64,000 nucleotides of DNA, from IMG/VR virus record IMGVR_UViG_3300020045_010788, one strand, 5' to 3'. The notes below the pieces were generated by a model. The model ran no database searches and had not been told where the DNA came from. It worked only from the letters and a program-made list of their open reading frames with translations. The DNA comes from an uncultured virus (IMG/VR IMGVR_UViG_3300020045_010788). Taxonomy: Duplodnaviria; Heunggongvirae; Uroviricota; Caudoviricetes. Each line of letters begins with the position of its first letter. Position 1 is the first letter of the stretch. The translations under genes and the position numbers were made by a program. Below are positions 6,466 through 17,569 of this stretch, one piece after another.

Positions 6466-9400
6466 TTAATTTTCTCTACTCAAATTAAAATTAGCATGAC
6501 TAATAGTTAAAGTTCCAGAATTAGTACAATTAGCTTTTACTTTAACAATATCACCAGCCTTTAATCTAATAAGACTAGTACCCGCCGAATTTCCAAAATC
6601 ACCACCGGTACCAATTTTCCTTTCTATTTCTAATGACTTAGCCTCAACATCATTAACAAATATAGAAAAATGAACTCCCGTATTATTAACTGAATGTGTT
6701 GATGAGAAACTAATCGAAATTTTATAATATCCAAATCCATTGGTTCCAATTGTTATCGTCGAATCAGTTAGCGTGCAATTTTCAGCATACGAATAAGCGC
6801 CATTTTCATACCACTTGTTGACTGTTTTATATATATTTTCCACAACACTAATAGCGCTATCTCCAGATATATATAGTTGACCCACAAAATACTTACTTGA
6901 GAATTTACCGACTGTAAATGAAGAATCAGGGCCAGTTGACCGTATAAATCCTCCTGTTGTAATATTTGCTGTTGCCATTATTCCTCGTACTGAAAGCCCT
7001 CCTAAGACGGTCAAAGCGCTATCAATTGCAGTAGTGCCTATACCGATTCCCGTTGGAGAAACTCTTAACATATTTGTTAATGTGGCATCTTTTGCAACAT
7101 ATATGTCGAATAACCCATTATGATGACCACTTGAATTACTGGATATTCCACCAGCAAGTTGAACATAATTAACTTTAGATGCGGCAGAGTTTTTAAGCGA
7201 AAAAATAAGTGTTGTAAACCATCCATTTGTTGACACGGCTCTATAGAAATCAATAGGCGTTGCTCCTGTAAATCTAACATTCCCATTAATATCTAAAATA
7301 TTATTTGTTGAATATGGGTGCGATGTACCTAACCCTAGAGTATGTGTTGTCGCATTGTAGAATAAGTTAGTATCTTGTACATAAATGCTACCATTTGATA
7401 TTGGGATAGACCCGCTTGTTAGTGTGGTTGAATTTGAAAAATTGGATGTGCAGTTTACTCCGAGACAAAGAGTATCAGCTATTATTTTTTTACTTCGTAT
7501 TAATTCTAACGTATCATTAATAAGGGATGGCGAACCCACTTTTAATGCCCTAAGATTATTTCCAGAATTATCATACCATATTGCAGGGCTAGCGTTCGAT
7601 CCTTCTAGTCTAACAATTATATTCGATCGTAAGTCTGTTGGTAAATATCTACTTTCTGGTTTGCCTGAATTGTAAAGTTTATTTACTTCTTCATTGCTCA
7701 ATACCTTATTATACATGCATATAAGCCCAAGTTTTTTTGTCTTATTCAGATTTGTATTTGCTACAGGCTGATACCCGAAATGTAAATATCCTGTATTAGT
7801 TAATGTATATGTAAACGTATCAGTATTGGTTTGAACTAGTTCGCCATTAATATATAACTTTAATTCCGCTAATGTCCTATCAACTGTCGCTACAACATGG
7901 TTTATTCCTATTTTTGCCTTGCCTATAACATATTTAACATGTGTGCCGTTTCTTAGCAAGAATGCAAAATTATTCTTATATGTCCCTGTTCCTGCCCCCT
8001 GTATCTGTAGGCCATATCCCACAGAACTGGCGGTCTTAACAGCAATGCCAGAAGCATCAGTGCCAGGTAAATAATATATACTATCGAGTTCAACTAAAGC
8101 TTCCATACTAAAATTAGTTGTTCCATTAAAATTTAGAAGTGCGTTATTTGCAATTCTAAAATAGTTTGAATTATCAAATAATACTCCTGTTTTTAAATCA
8201 CTCCAATAGTTTTGTAAACTATTCCGCTCGTATATTTTAACTCCATCATAATTCTTAATACAATTATAAGTATTGCCGTTATCAATAAGATTAAATACAC
8301 TCATTGTATCTGTTGATACCTGTAATCCAAATAAGTATCCACTTGGGGCATTAATTGTATTTCCATTAAGAATAAGTCCATAAAAAGGAGTGTTACGAAC
8401 AAATCTGAATACATATTTACCCGTTGATCCAATATTTATTGCGCAATTACTTAACTTTAAATTATTACTGCCTCTATCTCCATTTCCGATTAAATCAGCA
8501 AATGACGTAGTATCTAGTATAGTAATATTGAACTGACAATTAGTAAAGCTAATATTATTACTCCTTCCTATTTCTAGGGGCTGTCTATGTATTGAACCAT
8601 TAAAAGATAAGTTAGAAACATTGACATCACATACACTATCAAGCAATGTTGCTCCTGAAATCGCATTGCTAATATAGAATATATGAGACGTTAATTTAAC
8701 TATCTTATTTTTTATTACCACATTTGAAATATTTACGTTTCTTGCAGCGGGTATTATTTCACCTCCACCACCGTCTGATCTTGACCTTAATCTAAATAGT
8801 CCGTGCGCTGAATTTTCAGTCCAGCATTCGTCAAAATACACATTAGTAATATTTATATTTTCTGGCAATAAAATATTATATGGAACACTCGCTCCGGCTA
8901 TATCAACAGGACTATAATTAAAATATCCTTTCAAATGAAGCCCATTTATATTGACATTATTTGAACCACTCATGTAAAGACCGTGGTCTAAAGAGCAGTA
9001 CTCAAGTCTAATGTTTGTAAGTGTTGCATTATTAGGCACAAGGATTAAGCTTCTAGGAAAATGGTGTATATAAAGATTTTCCATATTTATATCACGCCAT
9101 ATTGTAGAAGCCTTGCCAATTCCAAACATTGTTCCGTTACTACCAAAGCTTGTAACAGTACAATTTAATACATTCCCGTCAAGTTGCAGATTTTTGATAT
9201 AAGTATGACCATGACTTCCAGTGTCAGGAATCACACCTGATCCATAAGTAGTATTAGTTAAGCCTGCAATCATTTTAAAAATTGTAGCATCTCCAGTTCC
9301 GCTAATGTTATGATTCCTTCTCTTATGTAAGCCATATGAGAAATTATAAGTTCCGGATGCAAACAATATATTATAGGTTCCCGTGTAATATCTATTCAAA

Positions 9401-10908
9401 AAAGTATCTATTTCAACGTCATCATTGGTTCCATCGCAAACAAATGAAGCTAATTTTTTATCCAATGATCGTGAATTAGATGCAGCGATAATTATCGTTA
9501 ATGATGAATCTTTTAATTCTGTATATTTAACATAAAGACTATCCGTAGCCTTTCGTGTCATATCCTTTACCCTACTTGCTGTATCGAAAGTATGTTGAGA
9601 TTTTGTGTAGTTAAGGGCATTCTTTGTTAAAGTAGCATATCCAGGCATTATATTACTATCTGATTTTTGAATAGCAGTAGTGCCAGAAATTAATTGATTT
9701 AATGTTTTTCTATTTCCACGAGCGTCTTTAAAAATCAAATCATTACCTTTACCTATAATACTCCCATCATATCCATGACCCCATGTATGCCATTGAGTTT
9801 CGCATGAATCAACATCTCTTGTATTAAATATAATAGAACTGCTTGAGTTTATGTCTATAGTATTTGTTGATGATCCAAAAAATATACTATTAAACGCACT
9901 ATCATTTCCAAACGCTAAGCCTCCAGTCCCAAAGGCAGTAGGATTAATTACAAAATTATCAGCAAAACTTGTTGCTGAATCTCCCAAATGTATTTTATTA
10001 TTATTATCAATCCACACCCCTTGTCCAGAATAATATTTTACTTTATTAAAATCAATTGAATCACCTATCATATTTGCGACTTCTGGTGTCGTAGGTATTG
10101 AATCTGTACCTTTAAATATTCTTCCATTGCCTCTAATTAACATTACAGTAGAACCCGCCTTTTTAAAAATAAAAAATGTGTCTGATTTTTGAGAATTAAT
10201 TATCTGATTAACCGACCAGCCGTTAGTTGTAAGAATTTGATTAGACGAATTATTTCCGTTAGTGGTTAATTGCTGGTTATAAGAACTATATCCTTCTGAG
10301 GATAAAATCTGATTAATTGCACTACTATCATAAGCATATAACCCTTGACCAACTGCGCGCTTTCCATATGTAATTATCTGTTGATTATTTGCATCATCAC
10401 CATTAACATACAAATCTTGATTTATAAAGCCTTCTCCTATACCTGTAAGATACATATTCCTTGAAAATGCATTATTTTTTATAAAATAAATTGTCTTATT
10501 GATCGTATCCCCAACGTAAACGCTATCGCCATCTACTTTTATTGATTGGCTACCATGTAAAGCATTACTGTTAATCGAATCCAACAGCTCAACCCTTAAT
10601 GAATCTATTGAATCAGTCATTGCTTTAGTTGTTGGCCATTTGGTCGAATCTACAATCTGGATTGCTTGCCAGGCTGTGCCGTTGTATATATATAACGTAT
10701 CGTTTACATATTCGATTGTTCCTGCTTGAGAAGGAGTAACAAACGTATCCAATTCCCTTAATACGATTTCTTTTAATACTAATGAATCAGCTATCTTCTG
10801 ATAATACTTAAAAGACCATACTGTATTACTTGGAGTTGGATTTGGTGCAACAGCAAAAATAGCTATGACTGAAATTACTATAATCACTATAAACAATATC
10901 TTTTTCAT
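6466..10908 (-). CDS. large fibre/spike-like protein: beta-helix + LamG-like + C1q/TNF-like C-terminus
   Basis: 1480 aa; CDGTNDDVEI..GTGDATI..NLQLDGN beta-helix; NFSMEALV..NHVVATVDR..LYINGEL..YNKVLSNEEVNKLYN LamG; GYYKISIS..IRLKAGDIVKV C-terminal head; N-terminal signal-like peptide. Confidence 0.7.
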   Translation of the reverse strand: MKKILFIVIIVISVIAIFAVAPNPTPSNTVWSFKYYQKIADSLVLKEIVLRELDTFVTPSQAGTIEYVNDTLYIYNGTAWQAIQIVDSTKWPTTKAMTDSIDSLRVELLDSINSNALHGSQSIKVDGDSVYVGDTINKTIYFIKNNAFSRNMYLTGIGEGFINQDLYVNGDDANNQQIITYGKRAVGQGLYAYDSSAINQILSSEGYSSYNQQLTTNGNNSSNQILTTNGWSVNQIINSQKSDTFFIFKKAGSTVMLIRGNGRIFKGTDSIPTTPEVANMIGDSIDFNKVKYYSGQGVWIDNNNKIHLGDSATSFADNFVINPTAFGTGGLAFGNDSAFNSIFFGSSTNTIDINSSSSIIFNTRDVDSCETQWHTWGHGYDGSIIGKGNDLIFKDARGNRKTLNQLISGTTAIQKSDSNIMPGYATLTKNALNYTKSQHTFDTASRVKDMTRKATDSLYVKYTELKDSSLTIIIAASNSRSLDKKLASFVCDGTNDDVEIDTFLNRYYTGTYNILFASGTYNFSYGLHKRRNHNISGTGDATIFKMIAGLTNTTYGSGVIPDTGSHGHTYIKNLQLDGNVLNCTVTSFGSNGTMFGIGKASTIWRDINMENLYIHHFPRSLILVPNNATLTNIRLEYCSLDHGLYMSGSNNVNINGLHLKGYFNYSPVDIAGASVPYNILLPENINITNVYFDECWTENSAHGLFRLRSRSDGGGGEIIPAARNVNISNVVIKNKIVKLTSHIFYISNAISGATLLDSVCDVNVSNLSFNGSIHRQPLEIGRSNNISFTNCQFNITILDTTSFADLIGNGDRGSNNLKLSNCAINIGSTGKYVFRFVRNTPFYGLILNGNTINAPSGYLFGLQVSTDTMSVFNLIDNGNTYNCIKNYDGVKIYERNSLQNYWSDLKTGVLFDNSNYFRIANNALLNFNGTTNFSMEALVELDSIYYLPGTDASGIAVKTASSVGYGLQIQGAGTGTYKNNFAFLLRNGTHVKYVIGKAKIGINHVVATVDRTLAELKLYINGELVQTNTDTFTYTLTNTGYLHFGYQPVANTNLNKTKKLGLICMYNKVLSNEEVNKLYNSGKPESRYLPTDLRSNIIVRLEGSNASPAIWYDNSGNNLRALKVGSPSLINDTLELIRSKKIIADTLCLGVNCTSNFSNSTTLTSGSIPISNGSIYVQDTNLFYNATTHTLGLGTSHPYSTNNILDINGNVRFTGATPIDFYRAVSTNGWFTTLIFSLKNSAASKVNYVQLAGGISSNSSGHHNGLFDIYVAKDATLTNMLRVSPTGIGIGTTAIDSALTVLGGLSVRGIMATANITTGGFIRSTGPDSSFTVGKFSSKYFVGQLYISGDSAISVVENIYKTVNKWYENGAYSYAENCTLTDSTITIGTNGFGYYKISISFSSTHSVNNTGVHFSIFVNDVEAKSLEIERKIGTGGDFGNSAGTSLIRLKAGDIVKVKANCTNSGTLTISHANFNLSREN

Positions 10909-10909
10909 T

Positions 10910-13738
10910 TTAAAAATATTTTATTGAATATTTAAACGTTATATCTCCAACATTAGAGTTTTCTATAATTAACCTAACGTTACCCCCGCTCACATCCTTA
11001 TCTAAGGATATACCCATGTCATCCTCTTTAGTTAACCCACTCCCAATTGTTTGCCAAAACGGCTCCGTCATCTCAGCATTAGTCCCATCTGTATTTAGAT
11101 AAAGAGATGCCATCCTAGTAGAAGTTCCTAGTTTTGCAATATAATCTACTATAAATCCATCGTATGACGATACGCTTCCAATTGTAATATAGCTTGTTCC
11201 CGGAGAACAAGTGGTACTATTTAATGGAGAATCTTTGTCTTTATTTATAATTTTCCCGCTTCCACCATCGTATGTCATAATTTGACCATCAGTTGGAGCT
11301 GTTAGTTCTATCATTAATGATGGAGTATTTGTTACTACACATTCCCCAAGCGGGGTAAATAATTTCGTAGCCTTAAAATACCCGCCATAGTTTAATAATC
11401 CAGTCGCAGACGGCTCCGTAGTTCCGGTATATAAAACAGAACTCGTTGCTTCTGCATCTGTATATGGCCTAAATACCATGCCAGATGTATCAACATTAAG
11501 AATATTGTCAACCCATGTGATTATCTTACTATCTACATACTCTTTATCTGGAATCCATCTAGGATTAGAAATATTTCTTCCAGAATAATCTGATAAATAT
11601 TCAAAGCCATTATAACTAAATTTACCTTGAGATGTTAATGTAACCCCATCGGTACAATAAAACTTTAGGTATGTATCATAAACGAATAAACTTGAAAAGA
11701 TATTACCGTATTGGTTAGTAAGTTCGCACCTATTAGATACGTCAGTCCTTGTACCTAAATCTAAATATGATTTATGCGTTCCGTTGCCATCGTATTCTAA
11801 TTTTATTTGAGATGTCCCTAATACATCTATATCTCCATTGGCGGCTAACGTAGCACCACCTAATTGAATTATCCCCCCTGTATTCGTTAGGCCATTTCTA
11901 AATGTAGAACCCGTTAATGATGTTACATATGCCTTAGTTACATAATCATTGTCATCAAAATAAGATGGAGCTATAGCGGCGGTTAACTGTCCTACGATAC
12001 TAATATATCCCGTATCTAAAAATGATATTGAATTTGAATATCCTGATAGGGTTAAAGTGTTAACTAAGTTATCTATTAAGGAACTAAGTCCTCCGGTAAA
12101 ATTAATTTCATTAGTTAAAAGTCCTGTTATTGATAATATATTATTTGATGAATTAAACGTAAAATTAGGATTTCCGGCATAAGATCCATTTGAATTATAT
12201 ATAACCTCAGTATCATTTCCCGCTATTGCAAAAGAGACAGTTTGCCATTGAGGCAATGATGACCCCATTGCAAAAAATTGTCCAGTAGTCCCTTTGCGGA
12301 TATAAGATAAATGAGTTGCATCTACTGCGTATAATAAATCACCAGCCTGTAAAGATAATCCGCTTAATGCAGTAAGCAATGAATGACCCGCTTGTTTCCC
12401 ATTAAACGTATTAAAATCATCGCTATGCAAATACCCTGACACTGATCCCGTTACTCTGGCTATCCCTAATGCTTGACCTGTTAAGGTTAATGGCAATCCA
12501 TTAGGGATCGTTATTGCGGCATGTGATGCTGATATTGCATTAGTTATAGCCGTATTTGTATTTGTATAAGACTCAAGTAATGCCTGTTGTAATAATGGAG
12601 GATTCCATCCAACAAAATCAGATAGTTTCTTTGATCCAGTAACAATATCCTTAAAATTTAAATCTCCATTTGAGTCCACCCATATTTGAGTATCATCATT
12701 TTCTAACGATATAGCTGTAAAATTAACAAGGCCTAAAACTCTTAGTAATTCAGAGCTGAATAATGATGCTATACCTATTGATAGTTTATCAGTTATCACT
12801 TTAGGGGATAAAACCGCAGATATTCGGTTCCATTTATCATCAGTAATAGGAGCACCCCCTCCCCCTGGATCGACAAAAGGTGTTATTTCTTCTGAAGAAA
12901 CTATGGTAGGATTAAGAATTTCTATTATAGCAGCAGCATTTAAATAAGCATTTGCATAGTCGGCGTACGTTACTGCAAATTGGTATTCGTTGCTATAGGT
13001 CGAAATTAGAGTAAGGGTTGTTTTTTTATCCTGAGTAGGATTAATTAAATATGCTTCTAAATAAGTTTGAATATATCCCCGTAAGGTATTAAAATTTATC
13101 TTATAAGCTTTTCCTGTTTTACTGCCACTAATCGTGTCTTGAACATAAATTCCATTAATTATATACTCCACATCAGTTGACACTTCTGCCATCCATGTTC
13201 CTGAATATATATTGGGATTAAACGTTACGGTATCAGTAGTAACTGTAACCGGGACAAGCCCGCTTCCTGAAGGAGGTGTTACAGTTAATTCTCGTGAGAT
13301 AGAATTTATCGTATAGTAAGCGTAGTTAGTCGAATCGGTTGAGACTAACCTGGAATTATATCCGTCAATTGTTTGCGTTATAACAGCTACCGGAGCGGTA
13401 TAACCATAATTAAACGTAAAGTTCCTATAATAAGGAACTCCGTTTAATAATATTTGATAATATACGATGTAATTACCTTGGATTGCATCACCATTAGAAT
13501 CCCTAGGCAATGTTATATTATCAATGTATCGCGTAGTTAAAGAAATATCAGGGCTTCCATAGTCAATATTGTTGTGAATGATTACTCCATTTGGGGCATT
13601 TATCTCTAATATTCCTTTAAGTACGCTATAGTTTGGATTTAAGGCAGACAGATCGGTTATATCTTCTAATCGCAATGTTTTTACTGCATCACGAAGGTAA
13701 AATGTAGCCTTTAATTCGAGTGTTGATGTTTCGGGCAT
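10910..13738 (-). CDS. virion structural / tail fibre protein
   Basis: 942 aa, T/S/G-rich; fibre-type segments AGDLLYAVDA..GTTGQFF and AGNDTEVIYNSNGSYAG. Confidence 0.6.
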   Translation of the reverse strand: MPETSTLELKATFYLRDAVKTLRLEDITDLSALNPNYSVLKGILEINAPNGVIIHNNIDYGSPDISLTTRYIDNITLPRDSNGDAIQGNYIVYYQILLNGVPYYRNFTFNYGYTAPVAVITQTIDGYNSRLVSTDSTNYAYYTINSISRELTVTPPSGSGLVPVTVTTDTVTFNPNIYSGTWMAEVSTDVEYIINGIYVQDTISGSKTGKAYKINFNTLRGYIQTYLEAYLINPTQDKKTTLTLISTYSNEYQFAVTYADYANAYLNAAAIIEILNPTIVSSEEITPFVDPGGGGAPITDDKWNRISAVLSPKVITDKLSIGIASLFSSELLRVLGLVNFTAISLENDDTQIWVDSNGDLNFKDIVTGSKKLSDFVGWNPPLLQQALLESYTNTNTAITNAISASHAAITIPNGLPLTLTGQALGIARVTGSVSGYLHSDDFNTFNGKQAGHSLLTALSGLSLQAGDLLYAVDATHLSYIRKGTTGQFFAMGSSLPQWQTVSFAIAGNDTEVIYNSNGSYAGNPNFTFNSSNNILSITGLLTNEINFTGGLSSLIDNLVNTLTLSGYSNSISFLDTGYISIVGQLTAAIAPSYFDDNDYVTKAYVTSLTGSTFRNGLTNTGGIIQLGGATLAANGDIDVLGTSQIKLEYDGNGTHKSYLDLGTRTDVSNRCELTNQYGNIFSSLFVYDTYLKFYCTDGVTLTSQGKFSYNGFEYLSDYSGRNISNPRWIPDKEYVDSKIITWVDNILNVDTSGMVFRPYTDAEATSSVLYTGTTEPSATGLLNYGGYFKATKLFTPLGECVVTNTPSLMIELTAPTDGQIMTYDGGSGKIINKDKDSPLNSTTCSPGTSYITIGSVSSYDGFIVDYIAKLGTSTRMASLYLNTDGTNAEMTEPFWQTIGSGLTKEDDMGISLDKDVSGGNVRLIIENSNVGDITFKYSIKYF

Positions 13739-13792
13739 TGAGGCATGTCTTTATACTGCAAATATAGTAAAAAAATACTCCTTATAAACAAA

Positions 13793-13821
13793 AAAAAGCC
13801 ATCCATAACGGATGGCTTTTT
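13793..13821. terminator. bidirectional intrinsic terminator
   Basis: AAAAAGCCATCC-ATAAC-GGATGGCTTTTT. Confidence 0.75.
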
Positions 13822-13840
13822 CATTATTATATACAAAAGT

Positions 13841-14854
13841 TTACCTTGTTTCTAATTTCTCAATGATGTCTTTGGTTAACTCCTCTTCTTTTCGACCATG
13901 AACCTTAATCCCAAATTCTTTGGCGATAGCCCTCTTTTCGTTCCAATCCATTTTATTTATATCATCAGCCGTTAGGTCGTCTTTTGAATTTAAACTTTTT
14001 CTGATTTGGGCGAACATGTCATCGCTAAACTTTAGCCATCTAACGAAGCCATCTAATGGCTTATCAAACTCGTCATGTGCTAAAGGATAAATTATATTCG
14101 GCTCATTGGGGTTAATTTCATTTACCCATTCAAAAGCTTTACGGCTAGGATTATAAAAAATCTTTCGCTCGTCAATAGCTTGCTGAACAAGCGACCTTAT
14201 TTTTATATCCTTCGATAGGCCTAAATCACCCAAGAAGCGTTCGTAAATATCTTTTTCGTTTTTAAATCTGGCCGCTAAAAGATCGGTTAACCTTGTCTTA
14301 ATTTGATTTTCAGTAAGGTCTTCGACATTGCTTACCCCATACGCTCTAGCTACAACATTTAACTGTTCCCTTTTTAATGGGCTTTCATCATCAAACATCA
14401 TAAATTTAAACCGAGCCTCAACCTTTATTGAATTTGCCCTATCATCAGCATCCTTCTCTTCATCAATCAGGAATATCTTTTCAGTCCTAAAAAGATAAGA
14501 CTTATACATAATAAAGAAAATCAATTCAATGTCTTCCTTATTTAGTACTAATGTATTCTTGATGATTTGTCCTACATCGGCTAAATGATATTTACCGTCC
14601 TTATCCTTTGATGGCGCAACAGTGGAATAAATCCAAGTTTCTGCAACATTATCAGTTATAACGGTTGCTATATAATTAAGAAACTCATTTTTAAGGGGTA
14701 ATGCATTCCCCTTTTTATCTCTTAATAATAATCGCTTAATGCCAAACTTTAAAGGAAATTTCATTGCTAAAATTTCCTTCTTCTTAGCATCAAATTCATT
14801 CTTGGCTCTCTGATTTATCGGTGCTGTTATCGGCTCGTAATTTACTATAAACAT
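13841..14854 (-). CDS. conserved head-module protein downstream of the capsid gene
   Basis: 337 aa; position after MCP; C-terminal small helical motif INKMDWNEKRAIAKEFGIKV..KEELTKDI. Confidence 0.55.
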   Translation of the reverse strand: MFIVNYEPITAPINQRAKNEFDAKKKEILAMKFPLKFGIKRLLLRDKKGNALPLKNEFLNYIATVITDNVAETWIYSTVAPSKDKDGKYHLADVGQIIKNTLVLNKEDIELIFFIMYKSYLFRTEKIFLIDEEKDADDRANSIKVEARFKFMMFDDESPLKREQLNVVARAYGVSNVEDLTENQIKTRLTDLLAARFKNEKDIYERFLGDLGLSKDIKIRSLVQQAIDERKIFYNPSRKAFEWVNEINPNEPNIIYPLAHDEFDKPLDGFVRWLKFSDDMFAQIRKSLNSKDDLTADDINKMDWNEKRAIAKEFGIKVHGRKEEELTKDIIEKLETR

Positions 14855-14865
14855 ATAGAGTATTT

Positions 14866-14892
14866 AAAAAAGGGGGCTTAATTACCCCCTTT
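14866..14892 (-). terminator. terminator after major capsid gene
   Basis: GGGGG..CCCCC stem with an A6 tract (U-tract on the minus strand). Confidence 0.6.
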
Positions 14893-14894
14893 GA

Positions 14895-16310
14895 TTATTC
14901 TTTGTACTGCAAAATAGTCTGGTTAACTTTATTGAAAATTACCATGAACTCAGCAAGCATATAAAGGTTCATTTCGTCATATTGATTTGAACCCTCCATT
15001 TCAATACCGGTCATCCCATCAATCCTTTTAACGATACGCGTACGATCTTCTCCACCATAGTTCAAATAGCCAATGGTAAGGTTATCCATAACCAAGCTCT
15101 TCTCTCCACCCTCAGCCAATGCATTTGTCTTAACTTTAGTTTGAGACATAGGCATAAATAGAGCTAAGTCAGGGAACGGGTAGTCTTTAACGCCAAAGCC
15201 TGTTGGATTGCCGAAAGATTGAATTTCAGCGAAGTTAAAATAACATCCGTTTTTAAAAATCCTTCTAATAGGAAATCCTAATGTCATTGCATTTTTAATC
15301 AAATCGGTACATGAGTTGTCCCCTATATAGTTAACAAACGCATTTTCAAGTCTTCGACCATATTGGTGACCATGAAATACATTAATTTCACGTTCACTCA
15401 CCATTTGGCTCTTAAGAATTGGCTTTATAGCATCAAAAGACGACATATCAAACGAATCATTATATGACAAAGACTGAGCTTCATCAATCATATGAGGCAG
15501 AATACCCTTTGTGCCAAGAACTGTTCTGGCTGTCCCATCAGAGGTATTTGTTGCCGTAATTGAATTTGTGTTAGGCTCGGCTAAAAGTATCGCTTTATTA
15601 ATGTCTGAATCTAACCTCATGTTAGTTTCTTCCATACCACGAATAAGCGTTTTTGATCCACCACCATTCAGCATATCTCTCCAAAGCTTATACGTTACAG
15701 CTCCACCACCAAACTTTGCAGATGTTTTGCAAATATGTGTAGTGAATTGTTTTTCGTATTCGTACCTAACTTTTCCTCCAGGTTGTCCTGATTCACGAGA
15801 AAATGAGGTCGGCCCTACCATTAATTCAGTCCCAGCAGGAATAGTTGTTTGAATTTTGGTTGTAGCATCAAATGGCTTTAACACAAACGTTAATGCCGGA
15901 GCGGTGCCAGATACAGATGCCACGTAATACAACCGACCACCAATAGGAGACCCTTGTAAATATTTTGGCGGGATTAATACTGATTCATTTACTATCAGAT
16001 AACAGACATTATTTGTGTCATATTGATCTGATTGCAATGTGAGCGAAATAGAATTACCTGCGTTATTGTTTCCAATAGCTGATCCGGTAATAATACTTCT
16101 TTCTAGAGAACCTTCCATAATGGAAGTCATTGTAGGATTGTAGATGGTCATTGTCTGACCCATACAGCGTAGAAAATCAAGAAGCTTTCCTTCTTCTCCG
16201 TATATTTGGATTATATCCTTGAAATACTGAGGGTAAACATGAAGAGCTTCGTTTTTGGTAAAATCTTCACCAAAATAACCCGAGACGGTATTGCTCGTTA
16301 CTTGTGACAT
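14895..16310 (-). CDS. major capsid protein
   Basis: 471 aa; follows portal and scaffold; VGPTSFSRESGQP..FTTHICK..AILLAE..GTKGILP pattern; own terminator. Confidence 0.75.
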   Translation of the reverse strand: MSQVTSNTVSGYFGEDFTKNEALHVYPQYFKDIIQIYGEEGKLLDFLRCMGQTMTIYNPTMTSIMEGSLERSIITGSAIGNNNAGNSISLTLQSDQYDTNNVCYLIVNESVLIPPKYLQGSPIGGRLYYVASVSGTAPALTFVLKPFDATTKIQTTIPAGTELMVGPTSFSRESGQPGGKVRYEYEKQFTTHICKTSAKFGGGAVTYKLWRDMLNGGGSKTLIRGMEETNMRLDSDINKAILLAEPNTNSITATNTSDGTARTVLGTKGILPHMIDEAQSLSYNDSFDMSSFDAIKPILKSQMVSEREINVFHGHQYGRRLENAFVNYIGDNSCTDLIKNAMTLGFPIRRIFKNGCYFNFAEIQSFGNPTGFGVKDYPFPDLALFMPMSQTKVKTNALAEGGEKSLVMDNLTIGYLNYGGEDRTRIVKRIDGMTGIEMEGSNQYDEMNLYMLAEFMVIFNKVNQTILQYKE

Positions 16311-16334
16311 GTGCGTTGTGTGTTGAGTTGATAA

Positions 16335-17531
16335 TTACTTGCCTCCCTTTAAATCTTTAGAAGCCTTCTGGTATTCACCAGCTAGCCAGTTTGAATCTGG
16401 AATTCCAGGAGCATCTGATTTGTCTGAACTTCTACCGACATGCTCTTTCTTGTCATGCTCTTCTTGCCATAACGATTTCCAATGGTTATATTTGGCCTTA
16501 TCTATTTCTGCCCGGTTTATTTTTTCATACCGGTCTAATACGTCCTCCATTAATGATTTATACTCTTTATCGTTGAATGGAATATTATTTTCTGTTGCTA
16601 TTTTTACTGCAATTTCTTGTAACGATTTTTTATCATTCTCAGGAATCGTATATGAAAATGGGATTTCTTTTAATTTATTTTCACCATTTTCTTTAATGTC
16701 TTCACTTATATTAAATTTAAGTTCATCAAATGGAAGTTTTTCTTTTACTGATTCCCAATCTTTTTTATTCTTTTCGGAAGTAGTTTTAGCCGTTTCATCA
16801 GCTTCTTTTTTCTTAGACGAAAAATCAATTTTCTCAGGCAACTTAATACTATCCTTTAGTATCAAAAATTCGGATTTGATTTTAGCGGCTTCTTCTGCCA
16901 TTTCTAACTTTGATACACCGTCCCAATTATCCCTATCCTCCAGGTCTAGTTCAAACTTTTTTGCTAATAGTTTATCAACAGTAGATTCATCTGCTTTTGG
17001 ATTATTGTAAATTTTATATAGTTTAATCGTATCAAAATCGGATAAGTTTCCACCATCAATAAGTCTCATGGCAGCATCAATATTCTTAGGATCACCACTA
17101 TTTTTTAGACTTAGCTTAATTTGCATTCGCTTATATTCATCAGCATCACCGCCAAAATGAGACAATGGATCGGAATATTTTGAAAGCAATTCGTCTTTTT
17201 CTGATATTGTTTTCAGATATTCAGCTACACTGGATTCTGTCGTTTTAACCTTTTCTTCAAGCCCTTTATATGATTCAACCTTTTCATTAAGTTCTTTTCG
17301 AGAATTAATGATTGATCTTAAATCATCTAATGATTTTATTGGCTCTCCAATATCTGCACTTAGTTTGTCAAAGTCGTATGCTAGTTTATCTATGACGGGG
17401 GCTGGTTCTACTGGAACTATTACGGGTGGAGCAATATTGCTTGGATCCGGAGTTGTTGGCATAACAGTATCTTGTGTATTTTTATTTAATGCTTGCTCAA
17501 ATCGGTCTGCTGATTCTTCTAATTTACCCAT
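16335..17531 (-). CDS. capsid scaffolding protein (putative)
   Basis: 398 aa, acidic/Lys-rich and helical, between portal and MCP. Confidence 0.6.
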   Translation of the reverse strand: MGKLEESADRFEQALNKNTQDTVMPTTPDPSNIAPPVIVPVEPAPVIDKLAYDFDKLSADIGEPIKSLDDLRSIINSRKELNEKVESYKGLEEKVKTTESSVAEYLKTISEKDELLSKYSDPLSHFGGDADEYKRMQIKLSLKNSGDPKNIDAAMRLIDGGNLSDFDTIKLYKIYNNPKADESTVDKLLAKKFELDLEDRDNWDGVSKLEMAEEAAKIKSEFLILKDSIKLPEKIDFSSKKKEADETAKTTSEKNKKDWESVKEKLPFDELKFNISEDIKENGENKLKEIPFSYTIPENDKKSLQEIAVKIATENNIPFNDKEYKSLMEDVLDRYEKINRAEIDKAKYNHWKSLWQEEHDKKEHVGRSSDKSDAPGIPDSNWLAGEYQKASKDLKGGK

Positions 17532-17569
17532 AAATGTGTGTAGTGCGTTGTGTTTTATGCAAAGTTATA

